Shown: positions 1-10,635, counted from the stretch's first letter. The stretch: 64,000 nt of DNA from Candidatus Bathyarchaeota archaeon (GCA_963832745.1 CAWHVC010000002.1:128001-192000); one strand, 5' to 3'. Program-made: numbers and translations. The notes: generated by a model not told the origin, from the sequence alone.

Positions 1-642
1 GCGTTTGTTTTTTCGCTGATTCCAGTTTGTGTAATTCTATTGCTTGTAAAACGTCGTGGTGCTTCACCAGAAACAATGATTCTGTCAGGCATAGCTATAA
101 TGTACATTTTTGCTGCCTGCACCACAATACTACAGTATTTTGCAGAAGCAAACGCGGTTAGCGCCACGGTGTTTTGGACTGTTGGCGACTTATCAAGGGC
201 AGCTTGGTGGCAACTGCCATACATTCTAAGCGCTTTAATCATCTGTTTTGCAATTAACTTAAAGTTGTCTTGGGACCTCAACATAATGAAGATGGGTGAT
301 GATACCGCAAAAAGTTTAGGTGTAGAAGTAAACCGTGTTCGAATAATATCTATGGTAACTGCTTGTTTATCAACCGCGACAGTTGTTAGTTTCACTGGTG
401 CAATCGGCTTCATTTGCCTTGTAGCACCACATATTTGTCGTGCAGTAATCGGAGGGGATGAACGTTATTTGCTTGTGGCTTCAGGTCTTTTTGGCGCAAT
501 TCTGTTACTTATCGCTGACATCATAGCTAGACAATTACTTGCTCCAATAGTTCTGCCTGTAGGTGCTATAACAGCTTTCTTAGGTGGACCACTGCTGCTT
601 TATCTGTTAATACGCAAAAAGCAGCAACTCTCAAGCAATTGA
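1..642 (+). CDS. FecCD/BtuC-family iron-siderophore or cobalamin ABC transporter permease (5'-truncated by window edge)
   Basis: Motifs MGDDTAKSLGV, GAIGFICLVAPHI, LPVGAITAFLGGP; multiple TM helices. Confidence 0.9.
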   Translation, partial: AFVFSLIPVCVILLLVKRRGASPETMILSGIAIMYIFAACTTILQYFAEANAVSATVFWTVGDLSRAAWWQLPYILSALIICFAINLKLSWDLNIMKMGDDTAKSLGVEVNRVRIISMVTACLSTATVVSFTGAIGFICLVAPHICRAVIGGDERYLLVASGLFGAILLLIADIIARQLLAPIVLPVGAITAFLGGPLLLYLLIRKKQQLSSN

Positions 643-737
643 CTTTTTTCTTTATTTTTAATCGTTATTTTCACTTCATAACCTTTAGTATATACCACAA
701 TCAGTATTCTGTATGAAACTTGAGAAAGGGGTTTAGT

Positions 738-1097
738 ATGCAACCAGTAGACTTTACTTACGTGGTCTTACCCTTAGGTGCCATCGTTGTTTTACTAGTA
801 GCTACAGTGCTTCTTTCGGAATCACGAAAAGAAAGGCAAGATAAAAAAATTAAACGCGCAGTAGAAAAATTGAGCAAAGAAAAAGCCGAGAAACAGCAGG
901 CTTTTAGAAGTCAACAGTCGGAACTTGATAAGCTGCATGAAACAAAAGCAATAGACAACGATACATACGAACGCTTAAGCACATTAATGCGAATGAACGA
1001 GAAAAACTTGGAAGATACAATGAACGCGTTAATCTTCGCAGAGAACCTTGGTAAAAAACCAAAAAAGATCAAAATGGTTCCGCAAATCAAAATTTAA
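738..1097 (+). CDS. Hypothetical protein, N-terminal TM helix plus coiled-coil/SHOCT-like region
   Basis: ORF 720..1097; ATG at 738; hydrophobic VVLPLGAIVVLLVATVLL followed by charged helices. Confidence 0.6.
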   Translation: MQPVDFTYVVLPLGAIVVLLVATVLLSESRKERQDKKIKRAVEKLSKEKAEKQQAFRSQQSELDKLHETKAIDNDTYERLSTLMRMNEKNLEDTMNALIFAENLGKKPKKIKMVPQIKI

Positions 1098-1100
1098 TTT

Positions 1101-2183
1101 TTATTGATTTGCAGCTTTTGCCCAGACACGGCAGGTTCCTTCACTAGAAACCATGCATGCGCCTACAGGTTTTGCGGGTGTACAAGCTTTCATGAATAAG
1201 GGACATTGGTCAGGTTTGATTTTGCCGATGATTACGCGGTGGCACTGGCAACCCTGCAGAATATCTTTGCCTTCCGCTACGTGAACATTAAATTTGGCCC
1301 TTGCATCTAAACCGGCAAATTCGTCCTTGAGCAGCAAAGCCGAGTTTTCCAGTTTGCCTATTCCACGCCAACTACCCGCTGAAACCTTAAACGCACGGTC
1401 CATTAACTCCAACGCTTTAGGGTTACCCTCCGGCTTAACGACACGGGGGTACTCGTTTTCCAGTCGAGCTTTACCTTGGCTGATTTGCCGCATAAGCATG
1501 AAAATCGACATCAACACGTCATTAGGTTCAAACCCTCCCACAACCGTTGGCATCCTATACACTTTTGGGAACACTTCATAGGGTTTCAAACCAATAATAG
1601 CACTCACGTGACCCGGCGCAATGAAACCATCAATCTGTAAATCGTCCACGCCAAGCAGCAACTCCATAGCCGGCGGAATTAACCGGTGAGAAACCAAAAA
1701 ACTAAAATTTTCAGGCAGTTTTCCAAGCGCTTCAACCGCTGTTGACGGTGCAGTTGTTTCAAAACCAACCGCAAAGAACACAAACTGCTTATTAGCCTCC
1801 GCTTTAGCCATTTCGATAGCGTCAGAAACAGCGTACACAATTCGCACATCAGCCCCAACAGCTTTTGCTTCCAGAAGTGAAGATTCACTGCCCGGTACAC
1901 GCAGTACGTCACCGAAACATGTTATTACAATGCCTTTTTTGGCTAACTGGACTGCCTCATCAATTTCTGCTGCTGGCACAATGCAAACTGGGCAGCCAGG
2001 ACCCGCAATAACCTCAACCTGTACTGGCAAAAGACTGCGCAAGCCAAAATGTGTAATTGTCCACTCATGTGTGCCGCAGACATGGCAAAACTTCACTGGA
2101 CCCGTTTCAACAGCTAACGCTTTAATTTTTTCTGAAATACTTTTTGCAACTTGGGGGTCTCTAAACCCGTAATTTTCTTCCAT
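1101..2183 (-). CDS. hypD: Hydrogenase maturation protein HypD
   Basis: CHVCGTHE, GPGCPVC, GFETT, PGHVS, GACMVSSEGTC motifs. Confidence 0.97.
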   Translation of the reverse strand: MEENYGFRDPQVAKSISEKIKALAVETGPVKFCHVCGTHEWTITHFGLRSLLPVQVEVIAGPGCPVCIVPAAEIDEAVQLAKKGIVITCFGDVLRVPGSESSLLEAKAVGADVRIVYAVSDAIEMAKAEANKQFVFFAVGFETTAPSTAVEALGKLPENFSFLVSHRLIPPAMELLLGVDDLQIDGFIAPGHVSAIIGLKPYEVFPKVYRMPTVVGGFEPNDVLMSIFMLMRQISQGKARLENEYPRVVKPEGNPKALELMDRAFKVSAGSWRGIGKLENSALLLKDEFAGLDARAKFNVHVAEGKDILQGCQCHRVIIGKIKPDQCPLFMKACTPAKPVGACMVSSEGTCRVWAKAANQ

Positions 2184-2197
2184 AACCCTTCGCCAAC

Positions 2198-2422
2198 TTA
2201 TTGTTTGTCGGCTTCTAAAACTTCTTTCCAGATTCTCAGGGTTTCTTTTGCTTCTTTTTCTTCTACAACCTGAATAGCGTAACCAGCGTGAACAAGCACA
2301 TAGTTCCCTACTTTGGCGTCTACAAGAGAAATGTTCACGTCACGCAAGACGCCTTGACCAAAATCCACGTTGGCTCGGTTGCCTTCAACGCTCATGATAA
2401 GAGCGGGAATAGCTAAACACAT
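2198..2422 (-). CDS. hypC: Hydrogenase maturation chaperone HypC
   Basis: N-terminal MCLAIPA; VLVHAGYAI. Confidence 0.97.
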   Translation of the reverse strand: MCLAIPALIMSVEGNRANVDFGQGVLRDVNISLVDAKVGNYVLVHAGYAIQVVEEKEAKETLRIWKEVLEADKQ

Positions 2423-2472
2423 AAAGCATCAAACAAATAAAAACGCCACAACGGCGATAAAAACAGATTGGT

Positions 2473-4755
2473 CTAAAAACATGAAAATCCAGCAACAACA
2501 GCCTGACCAAAAGAAACTCCGCCATCGCCAGCTGGAACAGCTTCATGAACCACAAAACCTAAGTCAGCCGCTTCTACCACTTCTCGCATTAGCTGCGCCA
2601 AAATTTGGTTACAAGCAGCCCCGCCAGAGAAACCAACGGTTTTAACTCCTTCCGCTTTTGCTTCTTCGACGGCCAGTTCCGCTAACCCTCTGGCAAGATA
2701 AGCGTGCGCAGAATACGCCAAATCTTGTGTTGCCATTTTTGTCTTGTTTTCATAGATTGCGCCAAGCAAATTGGTTGTTTCTAAGACGCCGTTCTGAATG
2801 ATTGGCTTAAGGTTTAGCGTGTCATTGCCTTTTATCGCCCAAGATTCAAGCTTCATAGCTGCTTCACCCTCGTAGCTGCGCCTGTAACATACGCCTAAAA
2901 CCGCTGAGACTGCATCTAAAACTCGCCCGCAACTTGTGGTTTGGATAATTTCTGCGCCTTTTTCTAGTTGATTTAAAATCAGTTTTGCCTCTGTTTCCCC
3001 ATAAGGCAAATGCTCTTTGTTCTGCATTAGAAACTCTTCTATGTTTACGCCCGCTTTCTGCAGGATTCCTGCTGCAATCCGGGTTGGGTACCTGCTGGCT
3101 AAGTCTCCGCCCAGCAATGGTTGAGGCTCTAAATGCCCAAGACGCTTAAACTCCGTAGAATCAGTTTGACACAAAAGGATTTCGCCGCCCCACGCCATGC
3201 TATCAACACCGTAACCGTAACCGTCACAAACAACGCCCACAACTTCATCCAATCCGTGCTCTGCCATCAAAGCCGCAGCGTGAGCGTGATGATGCTGAAC
3301 TCTTACAAGCGGCAACCCCTTGGTTTCAGCCCACTCCTGAGCCAAAGCCGTTGTAGTGAATTTTGGATGTAAATCGCAAGCCAGCACCTCAGCTTTGCCG
3401 TTGATTAAATGTAGCAGGTGTTCTGTGGCTTGAGCGAGAAAACTGCGGGTTTCAACGTTTTCCACGTCGCCGATGTGTTGACTAATAAACGCTTTATCTT
3501 CCAGAAGAATGCAGGAAGTGTCATTTAGTTCGCCTCCAAAACCCACAGCACAACATTTGGCTTTCTTTTTTAGCCTGATTGGAGCGGGCGCGAAACCTCG
3601 ACTTCTCCTCAAAAACACTTGCCTGTTTCCGTGGACACGCATGACCGAGTCGTCACAGCGGTGAGCAATTCGGCGGTTATGAAACAAGAAATAATCCACA
3701 GTTTCGCCCAGTGTTCGTAGTGCTTCTATGTTGTCGTTGATGATTGGCTGGTTTGGCGGATTTGCGCTGGTCATCACAAAAGCTTGGTCGGATACGTGGT
3801 CGAAAAGCATGTAATGCAGTCCAGTGTAGGGCAACATGACACCCACATTGTGCAAGTGAGGCGCAACAAGCGGCGAAAGACTGTAATTTGAACTCTTGTT
3901 TAGCAGCACGATTGGACGCATTGGCGAAGTTAACAGTTCCTCCTCTTTCGTGGTAATTTCAGCGAACTGTATTGCGGCTTTAAGGCTGCGTGCCATAATC
4001 GCAAAAGGCTTCTCCCAACGATGCTTAGTCCCACGTAGTCTCCTCAACGGCTCCTCAAGCGTGACAGAGCATGCAATGTGAAAACCGCCATACCCCTTAA
4101 CAGCAAGCACTTTGCCCTGTGAAAGAAGTTTTCCAGCTTCCCGCACAGGATCCGAGGTTTTGACAAGTTCACCCATACTTGTAGTGAGGTAGGCTTGTGG
4201 TCCACACTTGGGGCAAGCAACGGTTTGTGCGTGGAAACGCCTGTTTGAAGGGTCTTCATATTCTTTTTGGCAGAAACTACACATGGGAAACTCACGCATG
4301 GTTGTGTTTTCTCGGTCGTAGGGTAGGCGTTCGATGATGGTGAAGCGTGGTCCGCAATCGGTGCAGGTGATAAAGAAGTAATCATGCCGAGGGTCTGCTG
4401 GGTTCCGAAGTTCTTTTAGGCACTGGTTGCAGATGGCGATGTCTGGTGGAATAATTGAGCCCGAAAGCTCTGCGGTTTGTGAGCTTTTGCAAATTGTAAA
4501 TTGCGTGTATTCTTCTTTGCCTGTTAGGATGGTTTTTGTAACGTGGTCAATTTTTGCTTGAGGCGGATTCTTAGCAACTAAATCTTGCATGAATTGTTCA
4601 ATGCTTCCTGTGTCGCCTTCCAAAAGCACTTCGACGCCGGCATCACCCATGTTGCGAACATAACCTGCCAAACCGTTTTTCACTGCTGAACGGTAAATGA
4701 ATGGGCGAAAACCTACACCTTGAACTATGCCTGTAATATTTAGTTTAACACGCAA
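2473..4755 (-). CDS. hypF: Carbamoyltransferase HypF
   Basis: GIVQGVGFRPF acylphosphatase domain, two CxxC zinc fingers, DLHP, QHHHAH, GDGGVSFGQA. Confidence 0.97.
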   Translation of the reverse strand: MRVKLNITGIVQGVGFRPFIYRSAVKNGLAGYVRNMGDAGVEVLLEGDTGSIEQFMQDLVAKNPPQAKIDHVTKTILTGKEEYTQFTICKSSQTAELSGSIIPPDIAICNQCLKELRNPADPRHDYFFITCTDCGPRFTIIERLPYDRENTTMREFPMCSFCQKEYEDPSNRRFHAQTVACPKCGPQAYLTTSMGELVKTSDPVREAGKLLSQGKVLAVKGYGGFHIACSVTLEEPLRRLRGTKHRWEKPFAIMARSLKAAIQFAEITTKEEELLTSPMRPIVLLNKSSNYSLSPLVAPHLHNVGVMLPYTGLHYMLFDHVSDQAFVMTSANPPNQPIINDNIEALRTLGETVDYFLFHNRRIAHRCDDSVMRVHGNRQVFLRRSRGFAPAPIRLKKKAKCCAVGFGGELNDTSCILLEDKAFISQHIGDVENVETRSFLAQATEHLLHLINGKAEVLACDLHPKFTTTALAQEWAETKGLPLVRVQHHHAHAAALMAEHGLDEVVGVVCDGYGYGVDSMAWGGEILLCQTDSTEFKRLGHLEPQPLLGGDLASRYPTRIAAGILQKAGVNIEEFLMQNKEHLPYGETEAKLILNQLEKGAEIIQTTSCGRVLDAVSAVLGVCYRRSYEGEAAMKLESWAIKGNDTLNLKPIIQNGVLETTNLLGAIYENKTKMATQDLAYSAHAYLARGLAELAVEEAKAEGVKTVGFSGGAACNQILAQLMREVVEAADLGFVVHEAVPAGDGGVSFGQAVVAGFSCF

Positions 4756-5116
4756 AGATAGAAGCCTTCGCCTAATTCAAACGGAGATTTTCTCTTATAC
4801 ATTTCGAAAAATATTACCTGAGTGTAAAACAAAAAAATCGTATCATGCATTGAGATATGTTTGATTTTAAATCAGATCGAAGGCAAAACGGATAAGCTTG
4901 CATTACAACTTAATAATGAAGGTGACAAAAAAATAAAAAATAAGACTAAAAACAAACCCAAAACTGAAAAGAAAGAAAATACAACCAAAAACAAAAGCAA
5001 AAAAGATTGGCAGCAAAGATAAAAAATGCAGATGAAAGAAGACAAAATATTCTCAAATTTTATAGGATTTAACCTGTTGGTTTAAGATACAAGGGCTAAA
5101 GATTAAATTGACGATC

Positions 5117-6742
5117 TTACGCCCGTCTTAGTTCCCGTCTTAGTACTTTTCCTGCGCTGCTAATTGGCAGTTCTGTTCTGAATTCAACTTCGCGAATGGC
5201 CTTATAGGATGCGACTTTGCCGTTAACAAAAGCTTCAATTTCTTTTGCAGAAACAACCGCGCCATCCTTGAGCACTATGTATGCTTTTGGGACTTCACCC
5301 ACAGCAGAATCCGTTTTGCCTACAACTGCACACAACTTCACTGCTGGATGCTCATACAACACGTCCTCAAGCTCCCTTGGGTAGACGCTGTAGTCTTTGT
5401 GTTTAATTAGGTCTTTTTTGCGGTCAGTAATGTAGAAGTAGCCGTCGGAATCCATGAAGGCAATGTCGCCAGTGAGTAGCCACCCGTCACGGAGAACCAT
5501 GGCAGTTTCGTCTGGTTTCTGCCAGTAACCCCGCATCACCTGTGGACCTTTAATAATCAATTCACCCCTCTCGCCAATAGCAAGCGCCTGTTGTCCTGTT
5601 TCTAAATCTACAATTCGTGCTTCTGTATCAGGCAGTGGTAGACCAATTGAGCCGACCTTGACAGTTTTCATAGACGTATCCACAGGCGTGCAATGGGTAA
5701 CTGGCGAAGCTTCGGTTAATCCGTAGCCTTCAGCAAGAAAGCCACCCGTAACCTCCATAAACCGTCTTTGAACGTGCGGCGGTAAAGGAGCAGCACCAGA
5801 AATACACACGCGAATTGACGTTAAATCGTGCTTTTCAAGTTCTGGATTTGCCAAGAGTATCGAGTACATAGTGGGGGAGCCACAATAAACCGTAACCTTG
5901 TGCCGTTCTATGGTTTGCAAAACTTTTGGTGGCTCAAACTTGGGCAACAGAACCATTTCTGCGCCAAGGCTAATCGGGGTAGTCATGCTGGTTGTCATGC
6001 CGTAAATATGAAACAGTGGTAAAGCGGCAAGAAACACGTCTTGGGCTGCGCCTTTTATCCATGAAGCAAAAGCCAACGCGTTTGAAACAAGATTTGTGTG
6101 AGTTAGCATGGCGCCTTTAGCGGTGCCGGTTGTGCCGCCCGTGTATTGTAGCGCCGCCAAATCCTCAGATGGGTTAATTTGAATATTGGGTTTATCTGCA
6201 GAAACACCACGTAGCTCTGAGAAGCCATCTTTATCTAAGTTGGTAACTAAAACGTGTTTTAGGCTGGTTTTTTCTTTAACATTTGCCACGATTGGATAGA
6301 GCGTGTCAAGGGTAACTATGATTTGTGCTCCTGAATCAACTAGTTGATGTTCTACTTCGCGTTCCCGATGCAATGGGCTAATCGCTGTTACAATTGCGCC
6401 TGCCTTAAGAGCACCAAAAAAGCCGATTACAAACTGGGGAATGTTGGGCAAGAAAAGCGCTACCCGGTCGCCTTTCTTAACTTCAAGCCCTAATAGCGCA
6501 TTAGCAAACTGATTTGACAGAGAATTCAATTGTGCGTAAGTAGTATTTTTTTCTCCATAAGACAGAGCAGTTTTTTCCCCGAAATTAACTGCGCTTGTTT
6601 CCAAGAGCCCTTGAAGAGGCATCCTTGAAACATCAACTTGTTTGGGTACATGTGCTGGATAGAAATTTAACCAAGGCATCTCTTTGTCTGTCAATTTACG
6701 CTCTTTTAGCATATTTGAGTGATTAACTAAAAACTTTTTCAC
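5117..6742 (-). CDS. Long-chain fatty acid-CoA ligase (AMP-binding enzyme)
   Basis: YTGGTTGTAKG AMP-binding loop, EGYGLTE, TGD, GKVLRR; true start may be slightly downstream of the ORF start. Confidence 0.9.
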   Translation of the reverse strand: MKKFLVNHSNMLKERKLTDKEMPWLNFYPAHVPKQVDVSRMPLQGLLETSAVNFGEKTALSYGEKNTTYAQLNSLSNQFANALLGLEVKKGDRVALFLPNIPQFVIGFFGALKAGAIVTAISPLHREREVEHQLVDSGAQIIVTLDTLYPIVANVKEKTSLKHVLVTNLDKDGFSELRGVSADKPNIQINPSEDLAALQYTGGTTGTAKGAMLTHTNLVSNALAFASWIKGAAQDVFLAALPLFHIYGMTTSMTTPISLGAEMVLLPKFEPPKVLQTIERHKVTVYCGSPTMYSILLANPELEKHDLTSIRVCISGAAPLPPHVQRRFMEVTGGFLAEGYGLTEASPVTHCTPVDTSMKTVKVGSIGLPLPDTEARIVDLETGQQALAIGERGELIIKGPQVMRGYWQKPDETAMVLRDGWLLTGDIAFMDSDGYFYITDRKKDLIKHKDYSVYPRELEDVLYEHPAVKLCAVVGKTDSAVGEVPKAYIVLKDGAVVSAKEIEAFVNGKVASYKAIREVEFRTELPISSAGKVLRRELRRA

Positions 6743-6802
6743 TGTGGAAAATTTTTATTTCTATATACCGCTTGAATAATATAAGAAAAAGAAGGACAAA
6801 CT

Positions 6803-7291
6803 ATGGCAAGCTACCGAAAAGCAGCACTAGACGATTTAGCTGCAATAACTGAAATTTACAATGAAGCAATCCAAAACACCACCGCCACCTTTGACACCCA
6901 GCCAAAAACTCTTCGGGAACAACAAATTTGGTTTGCCAATCACCAGCCAAGACACCCTATTCTTGTAGCTGAACAAGATGGCTTTGTAGTAGGGTGGGCA
7001 TCACTTAGCAAATGGTCTGACCGCTGCGCATACAGCGACACCGCAGAAGCATCAATATACATAAGAAAAGAATACCGTGGAAAAGGCATAGGCGGGCAAC
7101 TGCTTGAACTGTTGCTTGTAGAGGGCAGAAGAATCAATTTGCATACGGTTATTGCTCGAATTGCAGGTGATAATCCAGTAAGTCTTACACTTTTTAAGTC
7201 CAAGGGCTTCAATGACGTAGGGGTCATGAAAGAGGTAGGCAGAAAATTCGGCAAACTTTTAGACGTATATTTAATGCAAAAAATTTATTGA
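6803..7291 (+). CDS. GNAT N-acetyltransferase, phosphinothricin acetyltransferase-like
   Basis: IYNEAI..TATFD, RGKGIG, EVGRKFG motifs. Confidence 0.88.
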   Translation: MASYRKAALDDLAAITEIYNEAIQNTTATFDTQPKTLREQQIWFANHQPRHPILVAEQDGFVVGWASLSKWSDRCAYSDTAEASIYIRKEYRGKGIGGQLLELLLVEGRRINLHTVIARIAGDNPVSLTLFKSKGFNDVGVMKEVGRKFGKLLDVYLMQKIY

Positions 7292-7315
7292 AATAAAGAA
7301 AAAAACGGTAAGTAA

Positions 7316-7756
7316 TCAAGTTGAAGCGGCGTTTTCGGGCTCGATTACCACAGCGGTTCCAGTTGCCGAGAAAAGCATAATCCCGTTCTGGGTGCCCATG
7401 TCGGAGGTTTCAACATCCATGCCGATGATTGCGTTTGCTCCAAGAGCTAAGGCTCGGGCTTTAGCGCGTTCTATTGCTTCCCAACGTGCTTTCTCAACTT
7501 CAGAGGTGAAGGCTGTGACTTCTCCACCAACCATGGATTCCCATCCTGCTACGAATTGGCCAAAAATGCCTCTTGTCCGCGGGGTTAAGCCAGTGACTAA
7601 GCCGAGGACCTTTTTGATTTTGTAGCCTGCAATCGTTGGGGTAGTTACGATTAAGAATTGGTTGGTTTGTGTTATTTGAACGCCGCATTTTGAACAAAAG
7701 CTTGCGCCTTCAAAGTTAACGTTTCCGCATTTAGGGCAATTCATTATAGTTACCAT
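7316..7756 (-). CDS. Zinc-ribbon plus YbjQ/UPF0145 heavy-metal-binding domain protein
   Basis: CPKCG...FCSKCG; ALGANAIIG, ATGTAV. Confidence 0.85.
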   Translation of the reverse strand: MVTIMNCPKCGNVNFEGASFCSKCGVQITQTNQFLIVTTPTIAGYKIKKVLGLVTGLTPRTRGIFGQFVAGWESMVGGEVTAFTSEVEKARWEAIERAKARALALGANAIIGMDVETSDMGTQNGIMLFSATGTAVVIEPENAAST

Positions 7757-7887
7757 TTCTTGTTAAGCGTTGGTAGCTTAAAAATAATCAGATTAACGCT
7801 TTCTCAAAGATGGCTGGTCAAAATTAAAAGCTCTTAAAGCGCTGAATAGATACCTGCAGTAAAGAGTCAAAATGTGAGTGGTCTAAA

Positions 7888-8352
7888 ATGAATTGTTTGT
7901 TAATTGTTTATTCGTATCATCATAATAACACCCTAAAAGTCGCTGAGGTATTCGCAAAGGCTCTTGACGGGAAAATCGTAAACCCACAACAGACCGACCC
8001 TGAACTGCCATGTGAATATGATTTAGTTGGTTTTGGCGCTGGGATAGATAGCGGAAAACACTACAAGCAGCTACTTGACTTCGCCGAAACGCTGCCACAA
8101 GCCGCTGGAAAGAGAGCGTTTATTTTCTCAACAAGCGGCGTTTCAAACCCCACTTACCAAGAAAAAATACATACCTGCCTCAGGGAAAAACTGCAAACAA
8201 AAGGCTACTTGATTGTTGGCGAGTTTAACTGTCATGGGTTCAACACTAACAGTTTCCTTAAACTGTTTGGAGGCATGAACAAAGGCAGACCAAACACGGA
8301 AGACTTGGCAGCCGCGGAAGAATTCGCAAAAAACCTAAAACAAACCTTTTAG
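7888..8352 (+). CDS. Flavodoxin-family protein
   Basis: YSYHHNNTLKVAE, GFGAGID, GRPN motifs. Confidence 0.85.
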   Translation: MNCLLIVYSYHHNNTLKVAEVFAKALDGKIVNPQQTDPELPCEYDLVGFGAGIDSGKHYKQLLDFAETLPQAAGKRAFIFSTSGVSNPTYQEKIHTCLREKLQTKGYLIVGEFNCHGFNTNSFLKLFGGMNKGRPNTEDLAAAEEFAKNLKQTF

Positions 8353-8516
8353 GCAACCAACTGCCTGCACGTATACTGCCCTTTTTTGATTTTTCACTTC
8401 TTTTCATGACTTCTGTTGACTCAGCCAGCAACCGATGCACATTTAATTTCAAAAAAGCAACCCAAAACAAACCCTAAAAAACCGCCTTATTTGCTGGAAA
8501 AACAAGAATAAAGAAT

Positions 8517-8624
8517 TGGTGCCGGGAACGGGATTCGAGCCCGTGACTTCTGGTTGTAGGCGCTTGGCCCTGTCAAACTCCAGATTATGAGTCTGGCGCC
8601 CTAGCCAGGCTAGGCTACCCCGGC
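8517..8624 (-). tRNA. tRNA-Met(CAT), elongator type, with encoded CCA and a ~30-nt non-canonical intron
   Basis: Reverse complement GCCGGGG..CCAGA-CTCATAA-TCTGG-[~30 nt]-AAGTC-ACGGG-CTCGAAT-CCCGT-TCCCGGC-ACCA. Confidence 0.9.
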
Positions 8625-8816
8625 ACACTTGCCTATCCGTTTTTCTTTGCGGATGTCATGTTAGTTTGTATTCTTTCATTTAAACCTTAAGTTACAACAT
8701 CTGCCAATCGCTGTTTTACCTACAAGTAATATTATTGAAAACCCGCCCTTTTGCGATTAGTTTATTTTTCCCAAACACACGCTTATTCTAAGGCAAGTTA
8801 CAGAAGCGAATTTTCG

Positions 8817-9887
8817 ATGAAAACCGAAAACGAAAAAATAACAATGCTGCATGGCGCAGGCGGAACAGTCATGCACGATTTAGTAAAAAATCACATTGTC
8901 AAAAATTTTGGCGGCTTAGACCTGTTCGCTGAAGTGCCACTGGAAGCTATGGATGACGCTGCAGCAATCGGTGACATAGTTTTCAAAAGCGATTCACACG
9001 CGGTTAAACCCATCTTTTTCCCCGGTGGAGACATTGGGCGTCTATCTATTTCGGGTACAGTAAACGATATTTCAGCTTTAGGCGCCGAACCATACGCTTT
9101 AGCATCCGGCTTCATCTTAGAAGAAGGCTTGCCTATGGCTGATTTGGACAGGATACTGGTAAGCATGCGCCAAACCATGATTGAAGCGGGCGTAGGCATA
9201 GTTACAGGCGACACAAAAGTTGTAGAAAAAGGCAGTTTAGGCGGCTGCGTCATGAACGTTTCAGGCTTAGGCAGACGTTCAGAAGCGCTTGAAAGCAACT
9301 TAAAAACGGTAAAAAGGTGCAGACCAAACTTCTCTGCAAGATGGACTCTTGACTCAAGCCTTTCTGTGGGGGACAAAATTGTCCTTTTAGGAACCATCGG
9401 CGACCACGGGTTGGCGGTTCTTTCGGCACAGCAGGGCCTGACTTTTGGAAGCGAAATAAAATCTGACGTTAAACCATTAAACAAAGTAATACAACGGGTG
9501 CTCGGTGAAGTCGGCGGCGTCGTGACAATGAAAGACCCAACGCGCGGCGGCTTAGCTGACGCCTTAAGCGAATTTACCGAAAAATCAAAGATTGGCATCT
9601 TAATTCAAGAAGACAAAATTCCAATCAGAAAGGACGTTGTTGCCGCCTGCGAAATGCTTGGTTTAGACCCGCTTGAAGTTGGAAACGAAGGAAAAATGCT
9701 CTTTGGCGTGGTGCCCGAGAAAGTTGAGGAGGTTTTGGCGTTTCTTAAGCAAACCAGCGAGGGTAAAGATGCACAAATTATCGGTGAAGTCACAGACGCT
9801 TTTAAGGGCGTAGCTATGCAGACGGTTGTTGGTGGTAAACGTATCGTCGCTAGACCAATTGGTGACCCAGTGCCGAGAATCTGCTAA
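8817..9887 (+). CDS. hypE: Hydrogenase maturation protein HypE
   Basis: HGAGG, FFPGGDIG, GDTKVV, DPTRGG, C-terminal PRIC. Confidence 0.96.
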   Translation: MKTENEKITMLHGAGGTVMHDLVKNHIVKNFGGLDLFAEVPLEAMDDAAAIGDIVFKSDSHAVKPIFFPGGDIGRLSISGTVNDISALGAEPYALASGFILEEGLPMADLDRILVSMRQTMIEAGVGIVTGDTKVVEKGSLGGCVMNVSGLGRRSEALESNLKTVKRCRPNFSARWTLDSSLSVGDKIVLLGTIGDHGLAVLSAQQGLTFGSEIKSDVKPLNKVIQRVLGEVGGVVTMKDPTRGGLADALSEFTEKSKIGILIQEDKIPIRKDVVAACEMLGLDPLEVGNEGKMLFGVVPEKVEEVLAFLKQTSEGKDAQIIGEVTDAFKGVAMQTVVGGKRIVARPIGDPVPRIC

Positions 9888-9930
9888 AAAAAATTCCTTT
9901 TTATTTCCTTTTAAAAAAAGGAAAATTAGT

Positions 9931-10635
9931 TTATTTTTGGATTTTTTCCACTTTGCTTGGCGTAGCAATATAGACTATGTCGGTTAAGCCGACAAAGAAA
10001 CCGGTTTCAACAACACCTGGAATCATTTTAACTTTAACCAAAAGCTCTTGTGGATTCTGGATTAATCCAAAGTTGGCGTCAATTATTACGTTACCGTTGT
10101 CCGTAATGATTGGTCCAAGTTTGCCTTTTCCTTCACGAACAACTGGTATACCGCCTAACGCTGTAATACTGCTTTTTGCAAGTGAAAGCGCAAACGGCAA
10201 AACTTCGATTGGGACTGGCTGGTTGTTTTCGCCTAAAACTTTAACGCGTTTGCTTTCGTCAACGATTATAATGTTATATTTGCTGGCTGCGGCAACTATT
10301 TTTTCTCTTGCTAAGGCTGCACCCATGCCTTTTATGAGGTAAAGTTCAGGTGTAACTTGGTCGGCTCCATCAATCGTTACGTCAATTACTGGGTGTTCGT
10401 CAAGAGTAGTTATTTGGACACCATATTGAACTGCCAATTGGAACGCTTGATAAGATGACGGGATACCCATGATTTTCAAGTTTTCATTTTTTACTCGTTC
10501 GCCTAAAGCTTCTATGGCAAAAGCGACTGTGGTTCCGCTTCCTAACCCCACAATAGAGTTGTCTTTAACATGTTTAACTGCTTCAAGGGCAGCCTTCTTT
10601 TTTGCTTCCTGAATTAAATCTGCGTTAGTTTTCAA
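9931..10635 (-). CDS. rpiA: Ribose-5-phosphate isomerase A
   Basis: GLGSGTT, DGADQ, KGMGAALAREK, PGVVETG. Confidence 0.96.
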   Translation of the reverse strand: MKTNADLIQEAKKKAALEAVKHVKDNSIVGLGSGTTVAFAIEALGERVKNENLKIMGIPSSYQAFQLAVQYGVQITTLDEHPVIDVTIDGADQVTPELYLIKGMGAALAREKIVAAASKYNIIIVDESKRVKVLGENNQPVPIEVLPFALSLAKSSITALGGIPVVREGKGKLGPIITDNGNVIIDANFGLIQNPQELLVKVKMIPGVVETGFFVGLTDIVYIATPSKVEKIQK

